NCBI GenBank assembly: GCA_964389655.1 | Contig: CAYMED010000003.1 | Coordinates: 39,163-103,162 of the forward strand | Reading direction: 5' to 3' | Source of the DNA: an uncultured Candidatus Poseidoniales archaeon | Lineage (GTDB): Archaea > Thermoplasmatota > Poseidoniia > Poseidoniales > CAYMED01 | DNA: 64,000 bases | Shown: positions 47,785-57,317 of the stretch, piece after piece | How the letters are laid out: the number at the start of each line of letters is the position of its first letter | Numbering within the stretch: position 1 is the stretch's first letter | Made by a program: the position numbers and the translations under genes | The notes under the pieces: model-generated | Databases searched by the model: none | Seen by the model: the letters and a program-made list of their open reading frames with translations, nothing else | Told to the model about the DNA's origin: nothing

Positions 47785-50700
47785 TTACATCCAGTCATCT
47801 GCGCCCCAATCATCATCTCTAACTGATGGTGCACCCCTTGGAGGGGGAGGGGGGCTACCGCCCGTATCATCGCCCCCGTCAAATCCACCCATCCCAGTAA
47901 ATTCTGTTTCAGAAGTTCTCAATTTACTCGCATTCTCAAACTCCTTCTCCAATATTTTCTCTCTACCTTTTCGTTTGCGAACGCGGCTGAAAACAAGTAA
48001 TGCAACAATACCACCTGCTCCAAATACATAGCCACCCAATTCACCCATCAAAAAGCCCCAAGAAACCACGATTGAGAACTGAACCTCATCTGTTTGTCCT
48101 TCAGGGGGCAATGAATAAGTAACCTGTTGGCGGCCTTGCTCTGTAGACATCTTTTCCTTACCAAGTTGCGAGCGGAATTCCTTGAATCCAAGACCTTCGG
48201 GGAAGCGCACTGTGAAGATGACTTTCGGTGCAATCGTACTTGGGCCGGCATTCGATTCATCCATTGATAGTGAAAATGGTTTGATATCAGGGATTGTCAC
48301 ATATTCACCATCAGAGGGGGGGATAACCAGTCCATCTTGGCTTGAAGACGCCAAGGGGACTCCACCAATCAATGACTGTGAGATACCTTGGGAAAATGAT
48401 TGAAGTGCATTCATTGTCCAAGCACCATTTGTGTCGAGAGCGATTCCGCCATTTCGGTATTGAAGGTCGATTTTAGTCGAAAGCATGGTAAAGCGCAAAC
48501 GAACGGGATCACGGTCTTGCATTGCTGCCGTAGCAGGGGGTTCAATTTCATCGATTTCTCCGGCAAATGTGATTCCACCTAAATCAGCATCAACACCCGC
48601 GTCAGATAATTCAAGAGCACGGACTTTGTCGGTTACATCCGAAGCGATCCCGTCTAAAAATGAGGAAAGGCCACTCTTAGTTAGAGATAGATCTCGGGAA
48701 TTTCCCATCAGGTCAAGGGGGAATGAAAGTGGGGCCGAGCCAGTAGTGCTACGGCCCCCAATCTCAATGAATTTCCGAATTAGATCCGATGGCATGACTT
48801 CAAATTCGATCGAGGTATTCGCTGCAGAAGGGAATGATCCTGAAGGAATCTCAACCCTGTATACGTCAAGTTGCATATACCCCCCTAAAGTCAAAGAGAT
48901 CTCTTGAGACCACTCATTCACACTTAGGTCCTTGAAATCAAGAAATAGTTCGACAGTCATGCACGTTTTCCAGTGTGCTGGACATATACTTTCACGAGAT
49001 ACAGGGTCGATGATTGCGTGACGCCAATCATAATTCGATGTACCCATGACCGAAATTACTGATTCTGTAGTTCCGCCAACACGTTTGGCCAAGACAAGAG
49101 TATTTTCTCCATCTTTCGTTTGTACCCAACGGGGAAGATCAATAGCAATTTGAAGCTCTGTCGGTGGTAAATCGTCAGGGACCAAATCTTCAACAAATGA
49201 TGAACCAAGGTCTGTTTCAATAGTTAAACCAGAATTCAGAATAGATTCAAGGTCAGTACTTTGTAAGGTTGCGAAATCAATAGGTCCACCTTCCCCTCCT
49301 TGGCCCTGAATTAAATCAAGCAGTCGCATTCTAAAAGGCTGAGATGACGAGCTAAGGCGAACAGGAATCGTCGAATTCATGGCATAGGGGCCATCTGTGC
49401 AAAAGGAAACACCCGGTGGATCTTGACACTGTGTTTCACCGAGAGGGTCATGTGAATAATTTAGACTTGCATCTTCCCACTCGACTGGATCCATGACAAT
49501 TTCATCTTCAGTCATACCACCAAGCCCATTGGCCAATTGACCCACGGGGATTGCATCTGAAAGGGCAGATAATTCGAGTAACCCCATATGGTACGCCATG
49601 CGCATGCCATCTGAAGTAACTACCGGGAGAGATGCTTGCCCATCGGATTCAAACACGCTCAGGTTCCATGCATCCATCGTTATATTATCGACATAATTGA
49701 TGGTCATATCAACGGTAATTGTAGCCCAATTATCCGCTGAAAGGTCCAAGCGTACACTAATGCCAAGTCCCTGATCTTTCGTTCGGTCGAGATTTACCAC
49801 ACGCGTGCCACCTACGATTACTTCTTGCGAAGCCATTGTCATAGTCACGGATTCATTTATACTAGCAGAAGTTGCACCTGCAAGGTCCAATAATTCCCAC
49901 CGTGCATGTGGCTTCGGATTAAGACGAAGAGAGGCTGATGGGCCAGTAGATGCTACAACTTGTGCATAATCAGGTGGATAAAGGTCGAATGTTGATGCAT
50001 GTCCTGGACGAGTAATTAGGTCAAAAGGAACTGTAATTTCACCCCCCATGATTAAGATACCACGTACCGTTCGGTCAAGGCTATCTCCTTCGGAAAGAGC
50101 ATCAGTAAGGGCAAATTGATCAGCATTTAGATCAATGGTTGTTGAAATATCAAACACAAGAGGGGGATCGAAGACATTGCCAACCATCTGTCCTTCACCA
50201 CCTGCGGTGGGGTCACCCGCAGAATCGCTACGGAAATCCGTGTTCTGAGCAATTGGCATAGAAACTGAAACAGGTGTTGATCGTTGGCCGATTCCATCTG
50301 TGAATTGCTCAACAGAACCCTTGATTGTACCAATTAGAGTTTCTTCAATGGTAACTCCATCTCCTGATGTATCTACGTCAAGCAAATTCCGAATAATATC
50401 TGCTGGAATGCCATTCACGCCAGGCACGAAACCTCCTCCCAAGTCTACAGATCCCAAATCAAGGTCTGACGAGTCAAACTCATGGATGCTCCAGGTAATA
50501 TCAAGACGCATGCCGGTCATATTCAACATCGTAAATGTATAATCTGCAACAACCCATTCAGGAGCACCTGGAGTTTGATCACTACTCGCTTTAAAGTCAT
50601 CACATTTTCTTGGATCTGGCGTTTCCAGTGTGTTTGGGTCAACGGATGCTGTGGGTTGGCCGGCTGCTTCAAACATTGAATATGCGATTGGTTTGTTGTT

Positions 50701-50898
50701 GTACAAATTTGTTGAAGTACCTGAGATGTCGAATACTGAGCAAATCGTATTCGTTGGAATTGGGTCACCGGACCAAGCACCTTCTGCACGCTGGGAAAAG
50801 AACTCTTTCTCTGCTAGCCCACCCATCAAATCAACAAGAAGTAAAACGAGCACGGCTAGAACAACGCCTCTGCCGCGTGAATGTCCCGAGTTAATCAT
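47785..50898 (-). CDS. Large uncharacterised type-I membrane/surface protein
   Basis: 1037 aa; N-terminal signal/TM; acidic beta-rich ectodomain; C-terminal TM, RKRK, then Pro/acidic tail. Confidence 0.75.
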   Translation of the reverse strand: MINSGHSRGRGVVLAVLVLLLVDLMGGLAEKEFFSQRAEGAWSGDPIPTNTICSVFDISGTSTNLYNNKPIAYSMFEAAGQPTASVDPNTLETPDPRKCDDFKASSDQTPGAPEWVVADYTFTMLNMTGMRLDITWSIHEFDSSDLDLGSVDLGGGFVPGVNGIPADIIRNLLDVDTSGDGVTIEETLIGTIKGSVEQFTDGIGQRSTPVSVSMPIAQNTDFRSDSAGDPTAGGEGQMVGNVFDPPLVFDISTTIDLNADQFALTDALSEGDSLDRTVRGILIMGGEITVPFDLITRPGHASTFDLYPPDYAQVVASTGPSASLRLNPKPHARWELLDLAGATSASINESVTMTMASQEVIVGGTRVVNLDRTKDQGLGISVRLDLSADNWATITVDMTINYVDNITMDAWNLSVFESDGQASLPVVTSDGMRMAYHMGLLELSALSDAIPVGQLANGLGGMTEDEIVMDPVEWEDASLNYSHDPLGETQCQDPPGVSFCTDGPYAMNSTIPVRLSSSSQPFRMRLLDLIQGQGGEGGPIDFATLQSTDLESILNSGLTIETDLGSSFVEDLVPDDLPPTELQIAIDLPRWVQTKDGENTLVLAKRVGGTTESVISVMGTSNYDWRHAIIDPVSRESICPAHWKTCMTVELFLDFKDLSVNEWSQEISLTLGGYMQLDVYRVEIPSGSFPSAANTSIEFEVMPSDLIRKFIEIGGRSTTGSAPLSFPLDLMGNSRDLSLTKSGLSSFLDGIASDVTDKVRALELSDAGVDADLGGITFAGEIDEIEPPATAAMQDRDPVRLRFTMLSTKIDLQYRNGGIALDTNGAWTMNALQSFSQGISQSLIGGVPLASSSQDGLVIPPSDGEYVTIPDIKPFSLSMDESNAGPSTIAPKVIFTVRFPEGLGFKEFRSQLGKEKMSTEQGRQQVTYSLPPEGQTDEVQFSIVVSWGFLMGELGGYVFGAGGIVALLVFSRVRKRKGREKILEKEFENASKLRTSETEFTGMGGFDGGDDTGGSPPPPPRGAPSVRDDDWGADDWM

Positions 50899-50979
50899 GC
50901 CCGAGTCGCCGTACTTCCCTCATCCGGTCGGACCTATAACATGGTTCCCAACCGCAGGCATGTGGAAAAAAGGAGAAAG

Positions 50980-51921
50980 ATGGGCCGGAGACAGGCTCAA
51001 ATCGACCCTCATGAACGAATTCACGTGGCTTTAACAGAGTTGATTGAACAACATGCCATCAATTTGCGGACAGGAGCCGAGATGATCGAAAAGCGTCCGA
51101 AAAAGTGGACACGAATTGGAGATGCTGTCGTCCTTTCAGCGGAAATCAAAAAATTCGTAGATACCCTAGGAACTTATTCACTACAATATTGGACTAGCAT
51201 AGCCGGTGCGCTCGGCGCATCTGCAATCGCGATTCAGGGGGAAATCGAGGGAAGGGAGCGCCGCCCTCAAACAAAAATCGTATGGGGCGAAAAAAAACGC
51301 CAGATTCATCGTGAAGGGGGTATACAATACATTATCGATTTAGAGAACACCATGTTCTCATCAGGGAATGTCAGTGAACGGCTGAGAATGGGAAACATGA
51401 ACTGCAATGGCGAAATTGTAGTGGACCTTTTTGCAGGGATTGGATATTATTCAATTCCAATTTTGAAGCATGCAGGTGCATCGCATTTGCATGCATGTGA
51501 ATGGTCAAAAGACGCACTTAGGTCCCTTGAAGATGGGGTTTACCTGAACGAAGTTAATGAAAGATGTACAATTTATCCAGGTGATTGTCGAGAAACAATA
51601 CTAGATGCCGTTTCAGGTGCTGATCGCGCCATATTGGGATTGCTCCCCAGTTCAAGAATTGGGTGGGATATCGCCCTAGGTTGTCTCAAATCAGCAGGGG
51701 GTTTACTGCACATCCATGAGGTCATCGATTTACCATTGGGAAAAGGAGGAAAAGGTGCTCGAAAATCCATCGAAAAGAGTGGTTTATCGATTATTGAAGA
51801 GCTCTCCACCCTTGATTTTGAGCATAATGTGCATAGATCATTTAAGATTCAGCACATTGAATCTGTGAAGTCATATGGTCCCCATCGGCGCCATGTGGTT
51901 TTTGATATATTAGTTAAATGA
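50980..51921 (+). CDS. taw2: TYW2/Taw2 (Met10+/Trm5-like) tRNA wyosine aminocarboxypropyltransferase
   Basis: MFSSGNVSER, VDLFAGIGYY, ADRAILGLLPSS, LHIHE, VKSYGP; AGGAG before ATG 50980. Confidence 0.75.
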   Translation: MGRRQAQIDPHERIHVALTELIEQHAINLRTGAEMIEKRPKKWTRIGDAVVLSAEIKKFVDTLGTYSLQYWTSIAGALGASAIAIQGEIEGRERRPQTKIVWGEKKRQIHREGGIQYIIDLENTMFSSGNVSERLRMGNMNCNGEIVVDLFAGIGYYSIPILKHAGASHLHACEWSKDALRSLEDGVYLNEVNERCTIYPGDCRETILDAVSGADRAILGLLPSSRIGWDIALGCLKSAGGLLHIHEVIDLPLGKGGKGARKSIEKSGLSIIEELSTLDFEHNVHRSFKIQHIESVKSYGPHRRHVVFDILVK

Positions 51922-51926
51922 AGCAA

Positions 51927-52901
51927 TCATTGATCATCTAGCTCACTAGTTTTCTTGAGCATGACATGGCGATTTAGAAGCATACCAATTAGAAGAATTG
52001 GGAGTAGGACTAGTGAAGCCTTTACCCAGACTTGATGACTTAATCCAGCTATTTCATCAACTATTCCTGCTTCTTCAAAATCCATCGTTTCATTTTTCAT
52101 CACAACACCAAGCATACTCACTGAAAGAAGACGAACTTCATCGATTGGACGATCGGGGCCTGGTGGGATGTGAAAAGAAGAGCCGCCTAATGGGGCATTG
52201 CTGGTGGGTGCTGATGCAATCGCGCGGAGATGGGTCATTCCATCGCGGACAACACCAAAGGTAGCATAGCCCCCATCGTCCCTATTTTCAGGATCGAGCC
52301 CGTGTTGGGCTTGGTCACAGAGATAAAATTGGCTTTCAGCACTATCTTCCTCAAGTCCCCTTGCCATACCAATCGCCCCATCAACATGGCTCATATTTTT
52401 GTGATGCTCCAAGGATATTGTACTCCCGCTTCCCCCATCACCGCAATTCACATTTGTTGCAGGGTAAACCCCTATAGTTGTGCACAAAGGGTCACCAGAT
52501 TGTGCTACAAAATCATCGATTACACGGTGGAAAAATATGCCATCATATAATTCATCTTCAACTAAAGAGACAAAGTTCCCCGCCGTAATTGGAACCCATT
52601 CTGGAAATAACTCAAGGATGATTTCCCCTTCAACTTCTGCAACGCCTGTTTGAGGTGTGTAGCGGACTTGCATGTGAACCACGGGATTACCTGGTATGGG
52701 ATTATCCATTGGTGATCCTTCTAGAGTGGGGCCATCATCCCATTCGGATGGGTCAATGGTATTATTTTGCCATTCAAAGACAATAGATGCATTCCGGTTA
52801 TTGACGCTCAAATCTGATGGCTGAAAACCACTTGTAAGGGGCAAAGAAAGGGTAAAAATCGCGAAAATGGCGAGTGCCGAACGGCTAGAAGGTACCCGCA
52901 T
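51927..52901 (-). CDS. Exported, membrane-anchored cyclophilin-type peptidyl-prolyl isomerase
   Basis: PITAGNF, FHRVIDDFVAQSGD, GMAR, SAESQFY, YATFG; signal peptide and C-terminal TM. Confidence 0.9.
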   Translation of the reverse strand: MRVPSSRSALAIFAIFTLSLPLTSGFQPSDLSVNNRNASIVFEWQNNTIDPSEWDDGPTLEGSPMDNPIPGNPVVHMQVRYTPQTGVAEVEGEIILELFPEWVPITAGNFVSLVEDELYDGIFFHRVIDDFVAQSGDPLCTTIGVYPATNVNCGDGGSGSTISLEHHKNMSHVDGAIGMARGLEEDSAESQFYLCDQAQHGLDPENRDDGGYATFGVVRDGMTHLRAIASAPTSNAPLGGSSFHIPPGPDRPIDEVRLLSVSMLGVVMKNETMDFEEAGIVDEIAGLSHQVWVKASLVLLPILLIGMLLNRHVMLKKTSELDDQ

Positions 52902-52962
52902 TATAGGGCAGGAGGTTGTTGACCGGAAAGACGCTTCGACTACCAAAGTAGTCCTTCATAAC

Positions 52963-53352
52963 TCAGGATCCAAACCATGCAACATGATTGGTGCCAACCA
53001 TCCCAGCAAATATTGCAATACTAAATGCACCTGCAAGTATTTTGGAAGCATGTTCTGGTTTCCTCCGCAACAGAGCAAGGCCGCCGCCCAAAAAGACCCA
53101 TAGCAGTATTTTGATGTAGACCCAATTTGTTCCTGCTGGCGAGATCCCTAGGTTTGCTAACATACCAAATCCTGCTATGACAATGACCGCCAAGCCAATC
53201 CCATGGGATATGGTGGCTAATTTTTCATATTGGTTTTCAGATCCTTCCTTCCCATTCATTGCCCATATCGCAAGCCCCCCATATGAGGCCATCAATGCAA
53301 AAGCCCCGGCCAAGTGCAAGGTTTTGTACACCTCATAAGAGATCATCGACAT
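52963..53352 (-). CDS. Small 4-TM membrane protein
   Basis: YKTLHL, HGIGL, GFGML, WVYIKILLW helices. Confidence 0.7.
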   Translation of the reverse strand: MSMISYEVYKTLHLAGAFALMASYGGLAIWAMNGKEGSENQYEKLATISHGIGLAVIVIAGFGMLANLGISPAGTNWVYIKILLWVFLGGGLALLRRKPEHASKILAGAFSIAIFAGMVGTNHVAWFGS

Positions 53353-53436
53353 GGCCCAATCGAATTGATCACCGTTCATCAAAGCAGCGGTAAATCCAGT
53401 GCATTTCAGCAACATTTGCAAATAGATTAGTTAGCA

Positions 53437-55998
53437 TTATTCTCGATGGCCGACCCAAGCTGTTTCAGCATGCACTATTTGCTTTGTGGATGGGCTCACT
53501 CGGCGATACACATGTTTAGGGTCTACAACAACTCCATCCACCGTAAGAAGGCGCTCGATCGTAATTCCAAATTCCTTTGCATTCAACTCAAGAAGGGGGG
53601 ATATAACTGCCCAATCTCGATTTGATAAGTTCCTAAATTCCCCTCCATTAAGCTGGACCTCTGCAACTTTCTTATGAGGGTCACGAATGTATATTGCCCC
53701 CCCTGATCCTAAAGAGAACAAATTTCCACCGGGATAAGGAGTTGGAAGGTCTACAATCGTGCCATCACTCTTGATGGACAAGCCATTTACAATCACAAAC
53801 CCACCCCCATCAAGAGGGTCTCCTGCCATAAATGATTCAGCCAAGTAATCCAAACAAGTACCATTGATTACAACTTGAGGGGAGCCAACAGCATTGATCA
53901 TTGGGCGACCAGCAGCATCCCCAAGGATGAGAATCTCACCACCTTTTGCGCCATAACCAAACGCTTGCCCCACGTCCCCATGGACTACTAAACGGCCACT
54001 GCGCATAATTTGAGCAAGTTGATCCTGACCGCTTCCATGAACTTGAATCTCTAGACCATCGATCCCGGATCCTAAATAATCACCTGATGAACCAAGAATA
54101 TCAAGGCGGAGACCGCATGAATCTGGCCCGAAACCATTGCCGATAAAGCGGTGTCCTCGAGTCGAATGGACAATAATTCTCTTCCAACCAAGTTTCTGAA
54201 GAGCAATGAGTTCACGGGCTAGTGATTCGATTCCTTCGATGTCATGGTCGCGCGCATCAAGTGCTAAAACCTGAGTTGGGGATTCTGGAGATGGGCGTAA
54301 ACCGGGAGATTTAATCGAGATCAAATCTACACTTGAATCTGAAGATGCTTGGTGAAATATCTCTAAAATAGCAGATTCAATACATTCCTTCCAACGGCTC
54401 GGCCTAATTCCACCAAATGATCCTTTTCGGTCGAGAAGCGCAAAAAGCAAGTCGATTCGCTTGACCCGTTCCCCTGGCACAGCTGATATTACTTGATCTT
54501 GAAGCGCACCTAGGGCTTCATCTGCCGATAATCCGGAAAGAAGAAGGCGCATCTCATCAATGTTCGAGGGTATTTCTATCGATCCTATTTGTGCATCAGG
54601 AAGGTCATAGATGCCTTCAAATTCAGAGGGCACAGTTTGGCCAAATTTATCTGAGATGACGAGTCGTCTAGAACCATCGCCACTGTCCTCTAAATCAAAG
54701 ATGAACGCTCCACCGTCAGTATAACTACCACCTCTAGCAACCCAAGTCCTGTCCGGTTTGCTCCAAAAACGGCCATCTTCAACTGAAAGATCTTCAAGAA
54801 CTGCATCGATCACCTGTTTTTCCGAAGCACAAAATGCGATTCCCACCTCCCCACGTTGCACTGCAAACACTTGTGGACGAAGCATGCTAGTATCTGTAAT
54901 TCCAATCAATCGCCACGTATTTCTCCAATTTTGTGCAATTATGAAGAACCATGGGCCATCTGGTGAGCCGTGAATGTGGGTTGCTTGTATGTCCCGATAA
55001 ATCTCCTGTTTTTCAGCCGGAAGCAGGGCAAGGTCAAGCTCAGTTGTGGGAGCAAGACTCTCAATTACCATTTCCAAAGGGTATCCATATACACGCATGT
55101 GAAGATCAAAAGCTAAGGCTGCAACTTCCGTATCGGTAAGGAAAAGCGGGGCCATGCCACGTTGTGCAAGATAATGTCTCACCGATTCATAATTGGCAAA
55201 ATCACCATTGTGCACAAGTGCCTCATTTGTTCCGAGAAAGGGGTGAGCGCCTCCCGGATGCCAAACCCTTCCTTTAGTTGGATAACGATGGTGTCCAATC
55301 CAAATGTGAGCCGTAACTTCATCGAGTTGATAGTAAGAAATCACATCTTCCGCGAAACCAACTAATTTCAAGATCAGTAAGTCTTTTCCATGGCACAACA
55401 CAAATGCTTGATTTCCAAGTTCACTTGAATAAAATTCTGCATTTAATTCAAACGTCATTGCATTGACAAAAGCATCTTCCAATCCATCTCTGTCATCGAA
55501 CGATTGAGGGCGGAGTTTTGATTGTTCCAACCAAAGCGAAATGGCATCTTTTCGCGGATAAACAAAGTACAGCACAACATCGGGGGGTGCGACTTCAAGG
55601 CCGGGTATATTCCTCCAATCACCTACTGTTTTCATTTCATGAATATGAGCAATATCAAATATGTCATAAATGCGCTCTTCGATAGAGGGTCGGACTTCAG
55701 CATTCAGATATGCAACGCCATAAAGTCGAGCATTATTCATCGTATCTGAATCAACACCAAAGGCTGCTGGGTCAAGACCAACCATTGCAACACCACCTCC
55801 TTTTCCATTGCCCCTATTTCGCATCTGCCTCAATGCACGGTGCAGATATTTCCCCGCTACAGGAACTTCACTGGCGAGCCCAACAACGCCGCAGCCACCT
55901 TCTGCCGCATCGGGATCTGTTTTTTGTTGGAGAGAACCATGGAATTCTGCACGATTAAGACGCGCGGCTGTCCAATCATCGATGTCTCGGACAGTCAT
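53437..55998 (-). CDS. Glutamate synthase subunit: class II amidotransferase plus GXGXG domain
   Basis: AEGG|CGVVG Ntn Cys, RGNGKGGG, GHHRYPT, AHPF, HNGDFAN, TDTE, DGPW, LRP; C-terminal GSSGDYL..GYGAKGG..GGAIYIR. Confidence 0.88.
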   Translation of the reverse strand: MTVRDIDDWTAARLNRAEFHGSLQQKTDPDAAEGGCGVVGLASEVPVAGKYLHRALRQMRNRGNGKGGGVAMVGLDPAAFGVDSDTMNNARLYGVAYLNAEVRPSIEERIYDIFDIAHIHEMKTVGDWRNIPGLEVAPPDVVLYFVYPRKDAISLWLEQSKLRPQSFDDRDGLEDAFVNAMTFELNAEFYSSELGNQAFVLCHGKDLLILKLVGFAEDVISYYQLDEVTAHIWIGHHRYPTKGRVWHPGGAHPFLGTNEALVHNGDFANYESVRHYLAQRGMAPLFLTDTEVAALAFDLHMRVYGYPLEMVIESLAPTTELDLALLPAEKQEIYRDIQATHIHGSPDGPWFFIIAQNWRNTWRLIGITDTSMLRPQVFAVQRGEVGIAFCASEKQVIDAVLEDLSVEDGRFWSKPDRTWVARGGSYTDGGAFIFDLEDSGDGSRRLVISDKFGQTVPSEFEGIYDLPDAQIGSIEIPSNIDEMRLLLSGLSADEALGALQDQVISAVPGERVKRIDLLFALLDRKGSFGGIRPSRWKECIESAILEIFHQASSDSSVDLISIKSPGLRPSPESPTQVLALDARDHDIEGIESLARELIALQKLGWKRIIVHSTRGHRFIGNGFGPDSCGLRLDILGSSGDYLGSGIDGLEIQVHGSGQDQLAQIMRSGRLVVHGDVGQAFGYGAKGGEILILGDAAGRPMINAVGSPQVVINGTCLDYLAESFMAGDPLDGGGFVIVNGLSIKSDGTIVDLPTPYPGGNLFSLGSGGAIYIRDPHKKVAEVQLNGGEFRNLSNRDWAVISPLLELNAKEFGITIERLLTVDGVVVDPKHVYRRVSPSTKQIVHAETAWVGHRE

Positions 55999-57317
55999 CC
56001 CCGACCCTCATTATATCGTAACAAATCTGTGCGGCCTCGCAATTCTGCAACGGAATCAAGATTTAGGCCTGCTAAAATGAGGCGAATTCGGCGTTGGAGA
56101 GCAGTGTACAAATTATCGAGGCGCTGCATTGCCCATTGCTGGTCAATCCATTCGCTCAACTCTGGGTCTGTTGTTGTTAAGCCATATGTACAGCCACGAC
56201 CTCGTTCACAATTTGAACAGCGAGTACATCCAAGTGCCACTAATTCTGTTGTTCCAAGAACGCATCCATCTGCTCCAAGAGCAATTGCCTTGGCCATATC
56301 ATCTGCTGTACGAATACCTCCACTTGCAATTAGCGTGACTTGATCTCGAATTCCTTCAGATACCAAATAAGAATGGACTTTAGGAATGGCCAATTCAATT
56401 GGCATCGCGATATTTTTCTTAGCTATTTCCGGAGCAGCCCCCGTTCCACCATAAGATCCATCCAAGTGAATAATATGTGCACCTGCATAATACGAACCAA
56501 CAGCAACCATGTCCACATCATGAGGTGTCGATACTTTGACTGAAATCAGAGCATTTGGGTTAATGGTTTTGACCCAATCAATATGCTTCATATGATCTTC
56601 AACGGAGTAAACTGAGTGGAAAGGAAAAGGGCTGAATAAACTGACAAACGGCACAGCCCCTCGCATTTCAGCCACTTCCTCTGTTGTTTTCGCCGAAAGA
56701 AGGTGGCCACCAAGTCCTGGTTTTGCGCCTTGTGCATACTTAAATTCGATAATTGGAACTGCCTGTAGTGTTTTTTCTTCTACTCCAAAAAGACCTGTTG
56801 CAACCTGTGTGATAATTGCATCTTGATAATCAAACAGCGAAGAAGGAAAGCCACCTTCGCCCGTAGACGTATATGTCCCCCATTTTAGGGAATTAGCCAT
56901 GCGTGAACGCATCAATACTTCTGATACACTACCAAAAGACATGCCCCCCCCGTACCATGGGATAGGGGGTTTGAGGTTCGCTCCCCCTTCGCCTCTACGG
57001 TTGAGGAGTAAACTAGTGTCAATTTGTTCAAGATCGGCCTCGGAAATGGAAATTTCATTAAGCTCAAAGTCTAGGCAGTCGAAGCCTCCACCAGATCTCC
57101 CTTTGCAATACTCAATTTTTTCGGGAAGATCTCCTGTTTCAGCCATTGACCATGTAGAGAGAATTAATTCTTCAGTCCAGCGCGGATCACCTAAGGCTTC
57201 AGGTGGCTGAATATGGCCAAATGCTCGGGTGTTAAATCCGTCACGAAGGAGATGCCGAACCTTCTCGATGACCATTGGGCTTGGTTGGACAAAATCACTT
57301 GCAGACAAATTATGCAC
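55995..57317 (-). CDS. Glutamate synthase FMN-binding subunit with Fe-S cysteine motif
   Basis: GMSFGS, TGEGG, QVATGLFG, KYAQGAKPGLGGHL, DGSYGGTGAAP, SGGIRT, GCTRCSNCERGRGC; GTG 57317 is the probable start. Confidence 0.9.
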   Translation of the reverse strand: MHNLSASDFVQPSPMVIEKVRHLLRDGFNTRAFGHIQPPEALGDPRWTEELILSTWSMAETGDLPEKIEYCKGRSGGGFDCLDFELNEISISEADLEQIDTSLLLNRRGEGGANLKPPIPWYGGGMSFGSVSEVLMRSRMANSLKWGTYTSTGEGGFPSSLFDYQDAIITQVATGLFGVEEKTLQAVPIIEFKYAQGAKPGLGGHLLSAKTTEEVAEMRGAVPFVSLFSPFPFHSVYSVEDHMKHIDWVKTINPNALISVKVSTPHDVDMVAVGSYYAGAHIIHLDGSYGGTGAAPEIAKKNIAMPIELAIPKVHSYLVSEGIRDQVTLIASGGIRTADDMAKAIALGADGCVLGTTELVALGCTRCSNCERGRGCTYGLTTTDPELSEWIDQQWAMQRLDNLYTALQRRIRLILAGLNLDSVAELRGRTDLLRYNEGRG

